Shown in pieces: positions 1 through 18,235 of a stretch of DNA of 64,000 nucleotides. The stretch is from the human T2T-CHM13v2.0 reference genome, Homo sapiens, in assembly GCF_009914755.1 (NCBI RefSeq), contig NC_060928.1; one strand, 5' to 3'. The position numbers and the translations under genes were made by a program. Every line of letters begins with the position of its first letter. The stretch's first letter is position 1. Under the pieces are notes generated by a model. The model was not told the origin of the DNA. It searched no databases and saw nothing but the letters and a program-made list of their open reading frames with translations.

Positions 1-4387
<4,387 letters not shown>

Positions 4388-4460
4388 AAAGAAAGAGAAA
4401 GAAAGAGAGAGAGAGAGAAAGGAAAGAAAGAAAGAAAGAGAGAGAAAGAAAGAAAGAAAG

Positions 4461-4549
<89 letters not shown>

Positions 4550-4773
4550 AAAAGAAAGAAAAGAAGGAAAGGAGGGAGGGAGGAAAGAAGGAAGAGAGAA
4601 AGAAAGAAAGAAAGAGAAAGAAAGAAAGAGAAAGAAAGAAAGAGAGAAAGAAGGGATGGAGGGAGGGAGGGAAGGAAGGAAGGAAGGAAGGAAAGAAAGA
4701 AAGAGAAAGAAAGAAAGACAGAGAGAGAAAGAAAGAAGGGAGGGAGGGAGGGAAGGAAGGAAGGAAGGAAGGA

Positions 4774-4816
<43 letters not shown>

Positions 4817-4930
4817 GAGGGAAGGAGGGAAGGAGGGAGGGAGGGAAGGAAGGAAGGAAAGACAGAAAAGAAAGACAAAAAGAAAGAAAGAAAAAAGAAG
4901 GAAAGAGAGAAAGAGAGAAAGAAAGAAAGA
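4388..4930 (+). repeat. Complex polypurine microsatellite (GAAA)n/(GGAA)n/(GGGA)n at the L1 tail position
   Basis: ~540 bp almost purely A/G, directly after the L1 3' end. Confidence 0.97.
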
Positions 4931-6253
4931 ATTTTTTGTTGATTGGTACTTCATTATACAACATCACACCTTAAATTTTAGTTTTTTTTTATGTTCTTTA
5001 TGTCTTCTCAGAATATACTAGATTTCTCATTGTTCAACTTAGAAATAATGTATGTGTACATGTATTCCATATCACACACATTCCCAGCTCTATATTAATC
5101 CTAGTTAGCGCTCAATATAGTGCCAATCTGACATGCCTAGACATATTACTCTTTCCTCAATCTTATGCCATAAATATATGCATTCTTAACTGCTCGATGC
5201 TTTGGGAATTTTCTATGAGTACTCAACTCTGTGAAGTTTCTCAAAGCATTCCACAAATGAGAAACTGTCCAGTATTAGAGGCATATATTTCAATTTGATT
5301 ACTGTTTACCAAATGCTCACAGGAGCCTGGCTTTGTATGAGAACGTATTGCAAATGCCCCCACACTGCTGTGTATCATGTGTCTTTACCAAGCTTCAGGC
5401 GCCAGGGGCTAGACAGACTTAGAAATCGTTCCTTATCAATTAGTCAAAGTGACTGTGAAGGCACTTTTACAATTTTGGTTCCTTACAACTTGATTCTTAT
5501 AATGTTATGCCTTAAATTAAGAAGTATTTTTTCATAGAATAAACTTGAAAATATGCTCTAGATTATTTTTATATGCTTTCATGTGCTGAAATTATAATAT
5601 TACTTTATTTTTATTTTGGGCAATTATTTCTAAAATAATATTTTGCTTATTCAAAATAGACAAGTTTTAATTTGAAACATAACACAATAAATTAGAGAAC
5701 TGTAATGGTGTCAAGCACCAAAAACATAATGAAAAAATGTGTCAAGACAAGTTATTCTTTAGACTATCAATTAGTTACATTCTTGATGATGTGTCTTCAT
5801 TTTATTAATATCCTAGAAGTATTTTTATTTTAGTGATATAGAAAAAAATATAAACTTGCTTTTACCTAACTTCATTAGGAATACCTGTGACACTTGAGCT
5901 GGTATTTAAGAATATATTATTAAAAATAATTTTACCTAGTTCTTTTCACTTTTTAATGTAGCTGCTAAAAAACTTAAAACTTTATATGTGGTTTTGAATT
6001 TGGCTTGCATTATATTTCTATTGAACAATGTTGCTTTAGCCATTGGCAAGAATGAGACTAAATCAACTCCATATTAGCCAGGGATTATAATTAGTTTGAT
6101 CATCTTTATTAACTCATACTACAGTCCTGTCACTTTATTTTTATGACCAATTTTGCCATTTGTCACTGTAGATAGTGACCATGGCTACATTACTTCCACC
6201 AGTATAATTTCTTTTTCTTTTTTTTTAAACTAAATTTTTTAAAACTATTTTAA

Positions 6254-6257
<4 letters not shown>

Positions 6258-6285
<28 letters not shown>

Positions 6286-6423
6286 GAGACAGTCTCACTT
6301 TATGGTCCAGGCATGAGGCAGTGGCATGATCATGGCTCACCGCAACCTCAACTGCCCAGGCTCAAGCAATCCTCCTGCCTTGATCTCCTGAGTATCTGGG
6401 ACTACAGGTATGGGCCACGATGC
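6258..6423 (-). mobile_element. Old Alu monomer (FRAM/AluJ right arm) with poly-T
   Basis: T-run followed by gagacagtctcact...ctcaagcaatcctcctgcc...gggactacagg. Confidence 0.85.
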
Positions 6424-6691
6424 ATAAATGACTAAAAGCTAAGTCATTTTCTACAAGTAACACCTGCAAAGCAGTTTGGAAAATTATTCAGTAATGAAAT
6501 TTCATTGGACCTACAGAGATTTGTTTTAGCTACGTTCACCTTTAATTCGACCATTTAACAACTGCCCTTCCCAGTCATCTATCATCTAACTAATCTTTCT
6601 TACAAGAGGATCAAACAACAGTTGATTCCTATCACATTTCTCAGTTTTTCTTCCATCAACTTATATGTATACTCAGAGAAAACATTATTTG

Positions 6692-7007
6692 GGCCGGGTG
6701 CGGTGCCTCACGCCTGTAATCCCAGCACTTTGGGAGGCCAAGGCAGGCAGATCACGAGGTCAGGAATTCAAGACCAGCCTAGCCAATATGGTGAAACCCC
6801 ATCTCTACTAAAAATACAAAAAGTTAGCTGGGTGTGGTGGCGCGTGCCTGTAGTCCCAGCTACTTGGGCGGCCGAGGCAGAAGAATCACTTGAACCCAGG
6901 ACGCGGAGGTTGCAGTGAGCTGAGATTGCACCACTGCTCTCCAGCCTGGGCGACAGAGGGAGACTCCGTCTCAGAAAAAAAAAAAAAAAAGAAGAAGAAG
7001 AAGAAAA
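6692..7007 (+). mobile_element. Full-length AluS (Sg-like)
   Basis: ggccgggtgcgg start, dimer, A/(GAA) tail, degenerate TSD gaaaacattatttg / ggaaacatgatttg. Confidence 0.93.
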
Positions 7008-7167
7008 AGGAAACATGATTTGGAAGGAGTGATAACATATATTTCATACCTTACTTCTCAATGCTGAGCTCTCATTATAGTTTTAGTCTTTGGGAGAGTT
7101 TAAATCTTAACTGTTAGCTTTTAATGATTTAAAGAGATTGTTATGCAATTCGAAATATTATGACCAA

Positions 7168-7603
7168 GTATTATTATATTCTGCTGTGTAATAAACCACC
7201 TTAGAATTTGATAGCTTAAATCAAGTAAAATAGTTTACTTTGCTCATGAATGCACATTTTGGGCAGTGCTCTTTGATGACTCTATGTCTCTGTGCTGCAT
7301 AGTGTCACCTGGAAAGGAGCTGAAGGATCCACTTCCAAAGTTGCTCAGAAGGAAATGACATTTCCTTCCCATGAGAGCCTCTCTATCTTTCTCCCAGCAG
7401 GGCAGATAGGTTTCAGAAATGAGTGTTCCAGGAGGCCTGGGTAGAAGCCATAAGTCTTCTTATGACCTGGCCTCAGACCCACTCCCTTCTATTGGTCAAA
7501 CAAGTGGCTAAAGCCTGTCTGATCCCAGGAGAAGCAAATAAGAGCTCACCCTCTTAGTGGAAGGAGTAGCAAAGAATTTGTAGTTGTCTATAATCTACCC
7601 ATA
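7168..7603 (-). mobile_element. MLT1-type (MaLR) solo LTR remnant
   Basis: tgctgtgtaataaaccacc...agcttaaa..., ggatccacttccaa, ctattggtcaaacaag motifs typical of antisense MLT1. Confidence 0.65.
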
Positions 7604-8176
7604 AGTTATTCTGATGTCATTATTTGCCCTTACATCACATGTGATATCAAAGACATTTTTGGCTATGGTAGTGTTTGTATTCCGTAAAATTCTCTGCTCT
7701 CTCTAATTGGACTTTGTCTTTAACTGCTCTGCAACTTCCCAGGTGTGAAGAAGCTCAGAGCATAATACACAGAAATGGATTTTCACTTAAGCCAGTCACA
7801 ATCTGTATTGCCGTCTTCCACCATTCCGATACTAATTAAGTGGAAGGACAAATATTATCCAAAGGAGTCCATACCTGGATATTGTCATCAGGAAATCTTG
7901 GCACTAAGAGAGAGAAGGATGGCAAGGGAATTGCAGCAGTCACCAATCTCTAATGTACTAGCATGTCCTCAAACTAGTCTGAAAGAGAGGTTGGTTTAGA
8001 TAGCAAGAATATTCATCACACAGGAAAGGTAAACACCTTGGACACAAGCTTCCTCCAAATCCTGACTGACAGGCAGCCAGTCTCATGGGACAGGGGCGTG
8101 CTCAGGTCACATCAGAGACATATTTGAACACACATCATGGACAAATGCTCCAAAAAGAACTGTCCTGTCATCTTAG

Positions 8177-8328
8177 CCAGTTGACTTAACATTTAACAAG
8201 CCTATTGCCTTTAACAAGGTGATCTTTTAAACCATGTCCCATAATTGACATGGCTTAAAAGATATTGACTCGATATAAAAGATCTCCTTGTTAAAGGCAG
8301 TAGACTTGTTAAAAGCGAAGTCAACTGG
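8177..8328. repeat. Long inverted repeat / palindromic MITE-like element
   Basis: Left arm ccagttgactt...tttaacaagcctattgcctttaacaaggtgatctttta is the reverse complement of the right arm taaaagatctccttgttaaaggcagtagacttgttaaa...aagtcaactgg, with few mismatches. Confidence 0.9.
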
Positions 8329-9189
8329 TTTACTTACATTACATCAAATATTGAGGTTTTTCACCCTGAGAAAAAAATTCTAAATTTATTTTTATATAGC
8401 TATTACTCAAAACCTGTTGTCTAGCCACGGTGAAAATCTCCTTTCTATGAGGAAATGTAGGCAACCTGAAGCTCTCATAGGATTTCCCCTACAAGCTACA
8501 TAAAAACATATTTCCTCCTCTTTCTCCACTCAGCACCTTAAAGCAGAGAAGTTGCTAGGTTTCAGCTTCAGCCTTCTTTTCTCCCACTACTTGCTTTCCC
8601 TGAAGGGTTTCATTTATTCCAGAAACTTCAACTGTCACCTCTACATTGATGGCCTGAGAATCTGTATCTCAGTCTCCATCCTCTCTCTCATATCTTCCTG
8701 TGTCATAGTTTTTCATTTGAATTTCCCTTATCTAGTTAGTGTTTCTTAGCTTCTCAGAATCAGCAGGTCCAAAACTGAACTCAATGTTTCTTATCCCCTT
8801 CTCTTGAAAAACTATTTTTACTGTTGTGATTTTCCTGATTAGATTATGGGTATAACTATACCCACATGAGATTCCTAATGGAAGAGATAGCATCCCGTGG
8901 CTCCTCCGTCTCTATCTACTTACATCCAATTGTCACCTGAGTTTAGTAATTTACCTCAGAAATTGCCTTAGGGTCAGTAGTCCTAATTCTCCAATAATTG
9001 CTACTTAGTGCCAATCTTCATAACTCATGCTTGGCCCATTGTAATGTTCTTAACTACGTCTACTCTCTCCTGACCTTTCTCATCCATCCTCAACACTGAA
9101 GGTGGCATTATCATGCTAATGTACACATCTTACTATATCAACCCCATTTCTTAAAATTCTTTTTCTGCAATGCCGATTACCTTAGCATA

Positions 9190-9830
9190 CAGTCATCCCT
9201 TGATTCGGAGGATTAGTTACAGGACCCCTACAGGTACCAAAATCCATGGATGCTCAAGCCCCTTATATAAAATGGCATAGCATTTGCATAGAACCTACAC
9301 ACATTCTCCTGGATACTTTAACTCATCTCTAGATTATTTATAACATTGAATACAACATACATTCTAGGTAAATACAGTTAGGTGTCCTTTAATGACAGGG
9401 ATACATTCTGGGAAATGCATCTTTAGGCAATTTTGACTTTGTGTGGACATGATACCATGTACTTACACAAACACTGGTGGTATAGCCTACTACACAACTA
9501 GACTACATGGTACTGCTTATTGCTACTAGGCTACAAATCTGTATACTTGTTACTGCACTGAATACTACAGGCAATTGTAACACAGTGATAAGTATTTGTG
9601 TATCTAAACATATATAAACAAAGAAAAGGTTAAGTAAAAATAAGCTACTATAAACTTATGGGACCACCATTGTATATGCGGTCTGTTGTTAACTGGAACA
9701 TCATTATGTGACAGTATAATGACTGTAGTTATTATACTGTATTGTTGTGTTATTTTTGTTGTTTTTTTCCTAATATTTTTGATTCATGAAATCCAAGTCT
9801 GTGGAATCTGCAGATATTGAGGGCTGACTC
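9190..9830. mobile_element. MER2 (Tigger-family MITE), TA-flanked, interrupted by Tigger3a
   Basis: ta|cagtcatccct...accaaaatccatggatgctcaag...gagggctgactc|ta. Confidence 0.88.
9375..9725. mobile_element. Tigger3a/MER7A (Golem-derived MITE) nested in MER2
   Basis: TA|cagttaggtgtc...gggatacattctgggaaatgc...atgggaccacc...atgactg|TA. Confidence 0.85.
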
Positions 9831-10279
9831 TACCCAGCCATGATAGGGACCCGGGATACCTTTTAGCTTCATCATCATCTTACTCTTCCCTTCTCCGAAG
9901 CTCTGGCCAAAACAATCAACTCACAGCTCTCTTAAAGATACATACACTTTCACAATTGGGACTTTACACACTTTATCTCCTCATTAACGCAATGCCTTTC
10001 TTCCTGCCAACTCTAAAAACCCCCTCTCATCCCTAAAGACCAAACTCAAAATATAGTAGGCTTTATGAACCATGACTTGACAGATAGAATTAATCATTCC
10101 CGGTTCCTGTTCCCATGGTACTAAATAGCTCCACAATGGCACTAAATAATAGCTTCCATATATAAGCTTTTCCCACTAGATTAGACAAGGATAGTGTTTT
10201 ATTAATTTTTGTATTCTTATATCATCATGAAAGACCTGACGTATAGTATGAACTAAGTGTTCATTGAATGAGTTAGAAA

Positions 10280-10830
10280 ATAGCTTAGAGATGATTTAGT
10301 CCCACCTCTTTCCCAAAGTTTAAATATCATTTACTATATCCCTGGGAGATGTTTATTAGTCACCACACCAACACTACCAGGGTCAGATAGCCTGATACTT
10401 AGAACGATGTACCATTTCATTATTCAACCTAACATTTCAAATATTTTTTTATGTTAGGCTTAAATTTTGCCTCTGAATCTTCTATACCCTACTCCCATTA
10501 GTCCTATTTTTACCCTCTGAAAAAAACTTATAATAAAACAATTTTTTATATGGCAACATTTCAATATTTGAAGATATCTGCTACACCATCCTTTGCTGTC
10601 TGTTCATAAATTTAACCATTTTTAACCCCTGGGAGGGGGTTACATCTCCTTATATACATCTCCTTATGTATTTTAGTTTATTGAAATTTCCATATATATG
10701 TATATATTATTCAGTTCTTAAAGTGCAATGCCAGAAATAGACCCACTCTTCCAGTTGCAGTTATACCAGGGCACATACAGTAGAACTATGTTATGCTGAT
10801 CCAAATGTTGCACTTCTTGTAATTTGGCTG
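10280..10830 (-). mobile_element. L3/CR1 remnant
   Basis: cttagagatgatttagtcc, cccattagtcctattttaccctctg and caatatttgaag motifs. Confidence 0.55.
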
Positions 10831-11234
10831 CTGATTGTACACTTGCAAAACTTCTTATCTCTCTGTTTCTAGTCTCAATCTCCCTCAATCTTTCATAACT
10901 GATGTTGAGCCATAATAGAACCAACTATTTATTCTGGCCTTGACCTTTAAAGAATGCTGAGTTGCCCATCAATTTGTGTCAGTGTAAAGCTCATGTAAGA
11001 ATTGAAGGCCAGTTTCCAAATCTCTTATTTACTCAGCCTAACTTGCAACTTACCTTACCATCATACTTGTTCTCATCACCTTACTATGCTTTCCCCTGGA
11101 TTTTATATTGCTTCCATATCTACTTCAAGTCAAATTTCTTTTGATGGCCACTTTTCTAATGAGCTGAAAATAACTACCCTGTTACTGGTACCAATGCTAT
11201 TTATCCATAATAGATACTGAGCACTGAGCATTAG

Positions 11235-11540
11235 TTTTTTTTTTTTGTTTTTTTGTTTTTTTGTTTTTGAGACGGAGTTTCACTCTTGTCGCTGAGGCTG
11301 GAGTGCAATGGCATGATCTCGGCTCACTGCAACCTCCGCCTCCGAGCTTCAAGCCTCAGCCTCCCGAGTAGCTGAGATTACAGGTGTGTGCCACCACGCA
11401 CAGCTAATTTTTGTATTATTAGTAGACACATGGTTTCACCATGTTGGCTAAGCTGGTCTCGAACTCCTGACCTCAGGTGACCCATCTGCCTTGGCCTCCC
11501 AAAGTGCTGGGATTGCAGACGTGAGCCACCGCCCCTGGCC
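11235..11540 (-). mobile_element. AluS with a short internal deletion
   Basis: T-rich tail and dimer; ttcaagc joined directly to ctcagcctcc. Confidence 0.93.
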
Positions 11541-12539
11541 CACATTAGATACTTTCTATGTGCTGGATCTTATGATAGGTACTTTAAATAAATTATCTGG
11601 ATTTGAAAGGAAAATTTTTATAAGAGATACTTAATCAGAATTGAGGTAAACACCCTACTTAACATGTGAGAGTCCAGTCATGCCTTTTTTTGACAAATAT
11701 TTATCTGTCTTTCATTGTTCTCCAGGATTCAGAACTCAAACTCTTCTTTATCTTCTAATTTATACTCCCTTTAATAAGCTACAGCCATTTAATCTGAAAT
11801 CTTGCTTTCATTATTTGCTTCCTTGATAGGTAGAATTTATGTAATTTTTATATTTCCAGGTTTATTAATGCTGAACACGACTGCAACCTAACTCTATGTG
11901 CTGGGGAGTTAAGAGTTCCTGCGCCAAACATACATAACCTCTGTAGAACTCCCAAGAAGATCAGTCTATTGTGTTACAATATACCAAGAGCCCACCTAAA
12001 GAAGATAGTATCGCTGTGTAAGGGCAATTCGCATACTTTTTCAAATTTAGGATAACAGTTGCATTAGGTTGTTTATTTCTTTCTATTTATTTCCTGACAC
12101 TTCTTGTGTTGAAATTTGCTGCAGAATTAGTGTTGAGGGAAGGGCTAAGCTACAACACAGATTGTGGAATGTTGCAATGTAAAAATATTAGTTTTTAAAA
12201 AATATTTCTTTCATTTGTATATCACATACTTATTTTTATGTTTTATTTTTTCTTTGTCTTTATTGTATTTATATTTTCTTTGTCAATATCGATTCACCTA
12301 AATGGATTTAAGACACTCTTTTGCTTATTTCTCTAGGTAAAATAGGCTACCCATTAATACATGGTGGTAATACATCCCAAGATTATTCGAACTCTACCAA
12401 TTTCTATCCTTCTCTGCCTAACCCAAGTCATGCAAAGGGCTGCAAGTGAGACAGGGCAGGACACTTTAAGAAAAAAAAAGAGCTAGTGTGGTTATGTATA
12501 GTGCAAAGTTACGTAAGATTAAAAATTTGGCATAACCAT

Positions 12540-13120
12540 TTCACTATGTGCCTTAAAACCTACAGGGAAGAGTTGAGACTTTAGGGAACTGGGAAGTAAT
12601 GAAGCCTTTAAGCACAGGCAGTGAAATTCATATTTTAGAAGGATAGCTGGTGTTGTGACGTGAAAAAAATGCATCAGAGGCAAGACCAGAAATGAGTAGG
12701 CTGGCTAGAAATTGTTTCTAGTAATGTAGGTGGGAAATATTTTCTGAATTATAGTGGCGGTAGAGATAGATGGGGATATATCTGATGGTTTCAAAGAAAT
12801 GGGTTGGCTCCATGGGTCTTTGAATCAATCAATTACGTCTGTAGGGCAACAAAAAAGGCAGAAAGTGGACCCCTGATTTTATGCCTTAGGCAAAAAATAC
12901 TATGAGAAATAGGGTATTAAATAGAAAACAAGTTTTGGAATGATTAATGATTCACATTTGTAAGTGACCGAAAGGAGACTCTTCAAGTCACTCTCCAAGG
13001 GTAGAGTTGGACACTTAATCTCAGTTCAGAAAAAAAGTATTTAGAAAAAGATATAGATTTGGAGATAATTCATGAAAGATTTTATGAACATGCACAAATT
13101 TTGCATTAGATACTGCTGAG
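12540..13120 (-). mobile_element. L2 remnant (probably extends further right)
   Basis: gaagcctttaagca...ttttagaaggatagctgg, atatagatttggag motifs. Confidence 0.55.
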
Positions 13121-15539
13121 AATTGGAGAAAGTGACACCTATAGAAACCCAGAGGCATTGCTAAGCTACATGGGGACGAAAGTGTGGACCATCAATCTAT
13201 AGTGCCAGCAGTCAGTGCCATTGCATATGGCTTTTTGTCTCAAATGAAATTTGCAAAGAAGGGAATGTGGACTGTTACATTTATCCCAATGTGGGGCTTA
13301 GCCAGGCAGGTGTGACAAAAGGCAAAGGGGCATGGGAGTTGAAATTACGACACGAGAATATTGAAAGTGATGTTTCATGGAATGTAGAATAGAGAGGATA
13401 GCAAGTAAAGATAGGGGAGGATGGATTATTAGACATACTAGAAAGGTCAAGAAAATGGAAATCTCAATGAGCATGTAGAATGAACTAAGAGTCAGAGGTT
13501 GTGTAAAAGGATAAACTGGAGCTTCAAATGTGGAGAGTGCAGCTGTTCTTGGTGAACACACGGTTTAGAACATTGCCATAGGAAGGGTTGCTGACAGGCA
13601 GCTGATATGAAAACAACTGGAATCCAGATAAAGGCATTGAAAGGCTATGGCTATTATTCAGGGCCCTAAGTTTTTGCAACTGAGCATAATTACTGGAAAG
13701 GCAATGGATGAAAATTATAAGATGAGGAAGAAGTGATGATTGACAAATAGGGGGATTACAAAAGAGCAGATTTTGGAGACTGGAGGGGGAAAGCTGTTAA
13801 TATATTTGCTCTTAATCTGAAAAAAAAATCAATATTTGTCCAAAAGCTGCACTGGGAAGAGAGAAGAATGCTGAGCACCCTTGGTTTTCAGCTCACCTCT
13901 TGGTCCTGAGATTCATAGCATAGGGGGGAACAAGCAGCTAACACTTGTAGGGACTACAGGGGACAATATTTCTTTAGAGTCAGCTAGGTTTCACTTACTG
14001 CCAAGAAGCAAATGATGTGTTCAGTTCTGAGAGTAAGGAGGTTGGGAAGTTATGTGACATTGGATGATCTTGGGGTTCTAGTGGGCAAAGGGTGCAAGCC
14101 CAGGAGAGAAGGATGTGGAGGGGGCTTGTGTCAAGGGAAAGCACATTGCAGTACAGAGATGAAAGTAGAGGTAGTCACAAGGGCTTATGTTTTTTGTTTT
14201 GAAAAAAAGACACTTAAATATGTTGATATCTTTAACGTCATGGTGTAATTAGCTATCTTCAGGGTTTCTTTTACTCAAAATGCATAGTCTGAATGGTTTG
14301 TGTTTCCGAGTAGTCTTGGGTTGGATAAAACAGCAGCCACTAGTGGAGAGGGGTGGTGGTGAGACAAGAAGGCACAGAGCTCTCCGGAGGAAGACAATCA
14401 GAATTGGAATAAATTAGGCTTCTAAGACAGCTGCTAAGTAGTAGAGAAGGGATTTGAATCCATCTCAATTAAAAGCCATGTTATTCCCTTTATGTTTCAC
14501 TGCACTGTCCTTCTCAAATTTTATAGACAAGAAATGTATATCCCACCAGCCCTACCTTAGAATAGGGGGAAAAATAATAAACTTGGATACAAACAACAAG
14601 AGACCAGAGACATCAAGATAGCAATCATGGATAGATCTGACAGTAGGAGTCGGCAATCTAATTATGGAAAACTGAGGTACAGAAGGAGGAAATCCAAACT
14701 CACAGGGATAGCCTTTGGCGGAAATATTGGGTTTCAAAAATCAGAAAATAAACAGCACTAATTTGATTCAAACTGTGACCTTGAGGTTAGGGAAACATTG
14801 GAACAGTGAGCCAGATATGCCTTTGGTTATGGTGGGGTGGAAAGCATATTTTACTTGGTATCTAAAATTAGCAGTTCAACTTCCAGGCCCTTCTTGCTGC
14901 CATATGTGTGATTCTGAGTGAATGACTTTATCTCTTTCAAGTTTCTCTGAACTGCAGCTTGCTTAACTATAGAACAAGGATCATGTTTGTTGCAAAACAT
15001 GTCATGAAAAATAAATGAGAAGCTCCTTTTTCTCATTGTAAAAGTCAAATCTGTAAAATTTGACAAATTAGAGGTTCTACCCAACAATGATATTTTCATC
15101 TTCTGGTTCTCATTTATTCCTCATGTACACAGTTGCTAGGTTAATCTCTTAGTTGAATATACACCTACCCTGATTCTTTCCATCCAGATTAAAGTCTTTC
15201 TTTGGTTTGATTCTCCAGGAGTCTCTAGCCTAGTGAGACCCTATCTTTCTAGTATCCTTTTCTATTTGTAAACATAAGTACTTTGTGCCAGCTGTCTTGG
15301 TTTATTTGCTATCTGTTAAGCACACCTGAACTTTCATCTCCAGTTCTTTTTATCACAGAAATTTTCTAGCAGGTAAAGATCTCAGACGACAAACTCAGCT
15401 TTCAGAAAGTTTAGCTTGATTATACCCGTATATAATTTTCTTGAGATTTTTATCCAGGCAGAGTTAGAAACTTGATCTCAGTCAAAATGTCTCTCCCAAA
15501 GCACACACATTTTCTCTAGTCCTTCTTTCCAAAGTTTGG

Positions 15540-15540
<1 letters not shown>

Positions 15541-15579
<39 letters not shown>
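15541..15579. repeat. (TG)19 microsatellite
   Basis: Perfect dinucleotide run. Confidence 0.98.
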
Positions 15580-15584
<5 letters not shown>

Positions 15585-17611
15585 ATTCAGGGTTTCATCT
15601 ACTTTCCAAGGAAATTCATCTGGTTTGGGTAATCACCTATGCAAACCAGAACTCTCTGATCTCTCGTCTGTCTATCTGGAACTGGTCCTACATGATTCTT
15701 CACTATTTCATGCCACTGGGGGAACGTTAGAAGTTCAGTTCTACCAGGGCCCTGGGAACTCTATGCAGCCTTCTCAGGCCATCAGCCTCAACATTCCAAA
15801 CCCTTTTTGCTCTGGGATTGTGTTATGTTCCCAGGAAATTTTTACAAATATAAGCACGGGGTTGTGCTCTTTTTAAATACTCTAAACACAGGATCATTTG
15901 TGAAAGGGACACTCCTTTCCCCAAGTGTCTACTCAAGTTTTGATTCCGACCTATATCTTTCACATTCCCCAATTTAGCATAATTTTATCAGAGCTGGTGG
16001 TTGACAACAGGAATGTTTTAAATTACTCCTCTCTTTCTTCTCACAAATGTATTCACTTGGATGTAAGTGCTAGATGTTCCTCTCAGGGCTAGAATTTTGA
16101 AGCACCCTCTCTTTTTGATGTTAAGTTATATTATGTTGTTTATGATGTTATGTTATGTTATCAAATCTCCATGAGATGGCTAAGCATGAAGTTAGAAATA
16201 CAGCATTCATACTGAAATGGGCCATTCCATGTAGCAAACCCTAATGTGAGGATTTGCTTTGCTTTACGAGGGAAGTGGGAGGGAGTTGTTCTCAGTCCTT
16301 GTCGTGTGGTAGAGAAGTAAACATGGGTGAAGTGTGGTTCAACAAGACATCAGGACTAGGATCATGCACTCATCAGAAGCATTAAGAGAACTGACAAAAA
16401 AAAAAAGAAAAAAACCTCTGACTTTTGGAGTGTTGGTTCCTTCTTTTGACTCTCAGTAGAAACACTGAAGAAAGAAATAGGATTAATTTAAAACAAGTCA
16501 ATCTGAAAACATAAAGGAGAAAAAAGTACATGGCCCTCCTAATCCAAGTAATTTCTGTTTGTAAACAACAATCTGTAGTGTCTATAATATTTGTAATTTG
16601 AAATCTGGCAGGGTCGCCAAAGCCAAGTGCTCATCCCAAGCTGAAGTTCATGTGAACAGGAGCAGAAAGATGAGATGCTTACTTAAAAAAAAAAAAAAAA
16701 GATAATCCCGATGTCCCAGGTGTCTCTGAGGTACTTTCATTAAACATCCTTTGACAGATGATGATGGAAATCAATCTCACCCAGAAGATGTGCCTAGGAC
16801 ATAGAATGGGACAAGTGGCAGGTTACCAGCACCTCCCCCCATTTGTTCTGAGCTAGATGCTGGGATTAAGTTAAAGTCTATTGAATGGGTAGCCAGGAGA
16901 TGTGGCTTATGCACAGATTCTCATCGCTACAAGAGGAGAGAAATTTAAGCCTTTGGAACCTGGGGCTAAACTCAATTTCTGGCTCCATACACCAGTCCGT
17001 GGAATTTCCTAGAAGCAAACAGACCAAAGCTGACTACATTTTTAAGTGAGCTGGATTATCAAAGAAATTCCAAACTTGACTGAAACCAGCGAGTGGCTTC
17101 TTCATCCCTCTGACAAATCTTCAGATCCCAGAACCATTCCACTGAGACTGTAAGGTGGCACGCTACCTAGAAAGGAAATTGTCCCCTGAGGTGGCCATAC
17201 AAGACAATAGACAAGGGAGATATTTCTAGAAAGTAACTTCCTGAGCAGTTGTTAAATCTCATCAAAGGATGGATTCCATTTCAAGGACAGGCTACTGCTA
17301 GGTTTTACTTAACAGCAGAATATGTTTTATGCTGTGGAACTATATGTTGTTTCCCTTTCCTTTTTAAAATGAGGATTTTCATTTATATTACTGTATTATT
17401 TCTCTATGATAATGTATTTGGAAAACTGGAGATGGAAAAATATATCTTTCAGCCACACATCACTGGACTGTATGTAGTTACAGCCAACTCAGTGAACAGG
17501 ATGGCATGTCACCAAGAGATCATATATATGGACCAGAATGTGGCACATGACACCTTCTGATATCATCTTTGGGAAAGGCTGATGTTTTTCAACAGTTATA
17601 GGGGGTTTGAA

Positions 17612-17712
17612 ATATATATATATATATGTATATATATATATGTATATATATATAAAAGAAAGTGTGTGTGTATGCATGTGTGTGTGTGTGTGAGAGAGAG
17701 ACAGAGAGAGAG
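17612..17712. repeat. Compound (TA)n-(TG)n-(GA)n microsatellite
   Basis: Directly visible. Confidence 0.95.
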
Positions 17713-17759
17713 AAGTTTGGGAAAACCAAAAGAGTGGATACTTTTGGTTATATACATTC

Positions 17760-18235
17760 CTTCCATTGTATATACCCAAGTGGTTTAGGATGAGGTAGAG
17801 CCCACAATTCAGCCTCCTCCTAGCTCTAGGTTGATTTCAACCCTCTTGCCAGAGAAATGAATTGAGGAAATTCACAACTAAGTCAACAGTGCATAGTATC
17901 ACCCTGGGTAAAGTGATTGGTTCAGAGACATGCTTGACTTAGTTTAGGCCAAAGTCTTCTGGACCAGAAGGCTCCCTATTCTTCTGGGAGAGCCAGGAGA
18001 GGCCATTGCACTTTCTCCTTTTGAATGTGTACATGAGACACTTGGCCCTGCGTCAGCGCGCATGAAACTGACACTGGGGAAGGAGGAGCACAGAGAAGGG
18101 GTGCCTTTTATTCTATCAGTAAGCCATTGCAGCTCTGAAGATCGGCAACCTTCTATTTACGTGACCCCAATCAATTATCTTTATCATTTAAACTAAAGAG
18201 TTGGTTTTGTGTTAATTGTGACAGGAAAAGTCGCT
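17760..18235 (+). mobile_element. Ancient ERVL/MaLR LTR remnant (MLT1K/LTR33-like)
   Basis: agtgattggttcag...tgacttag; 3' ...gagttggttttgtgttaattgtgacag. Confidence 0.5.

Larger units (their letters stand above)
8550..10275 (+). mobile_element. L2 3' region, interrupted by MER2
   Basis: L2 motifs aacttcaactgtcacctctac, ccaaaactgaactc and 3' end ...gttcattgaatgag. Confidence 0.7.
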
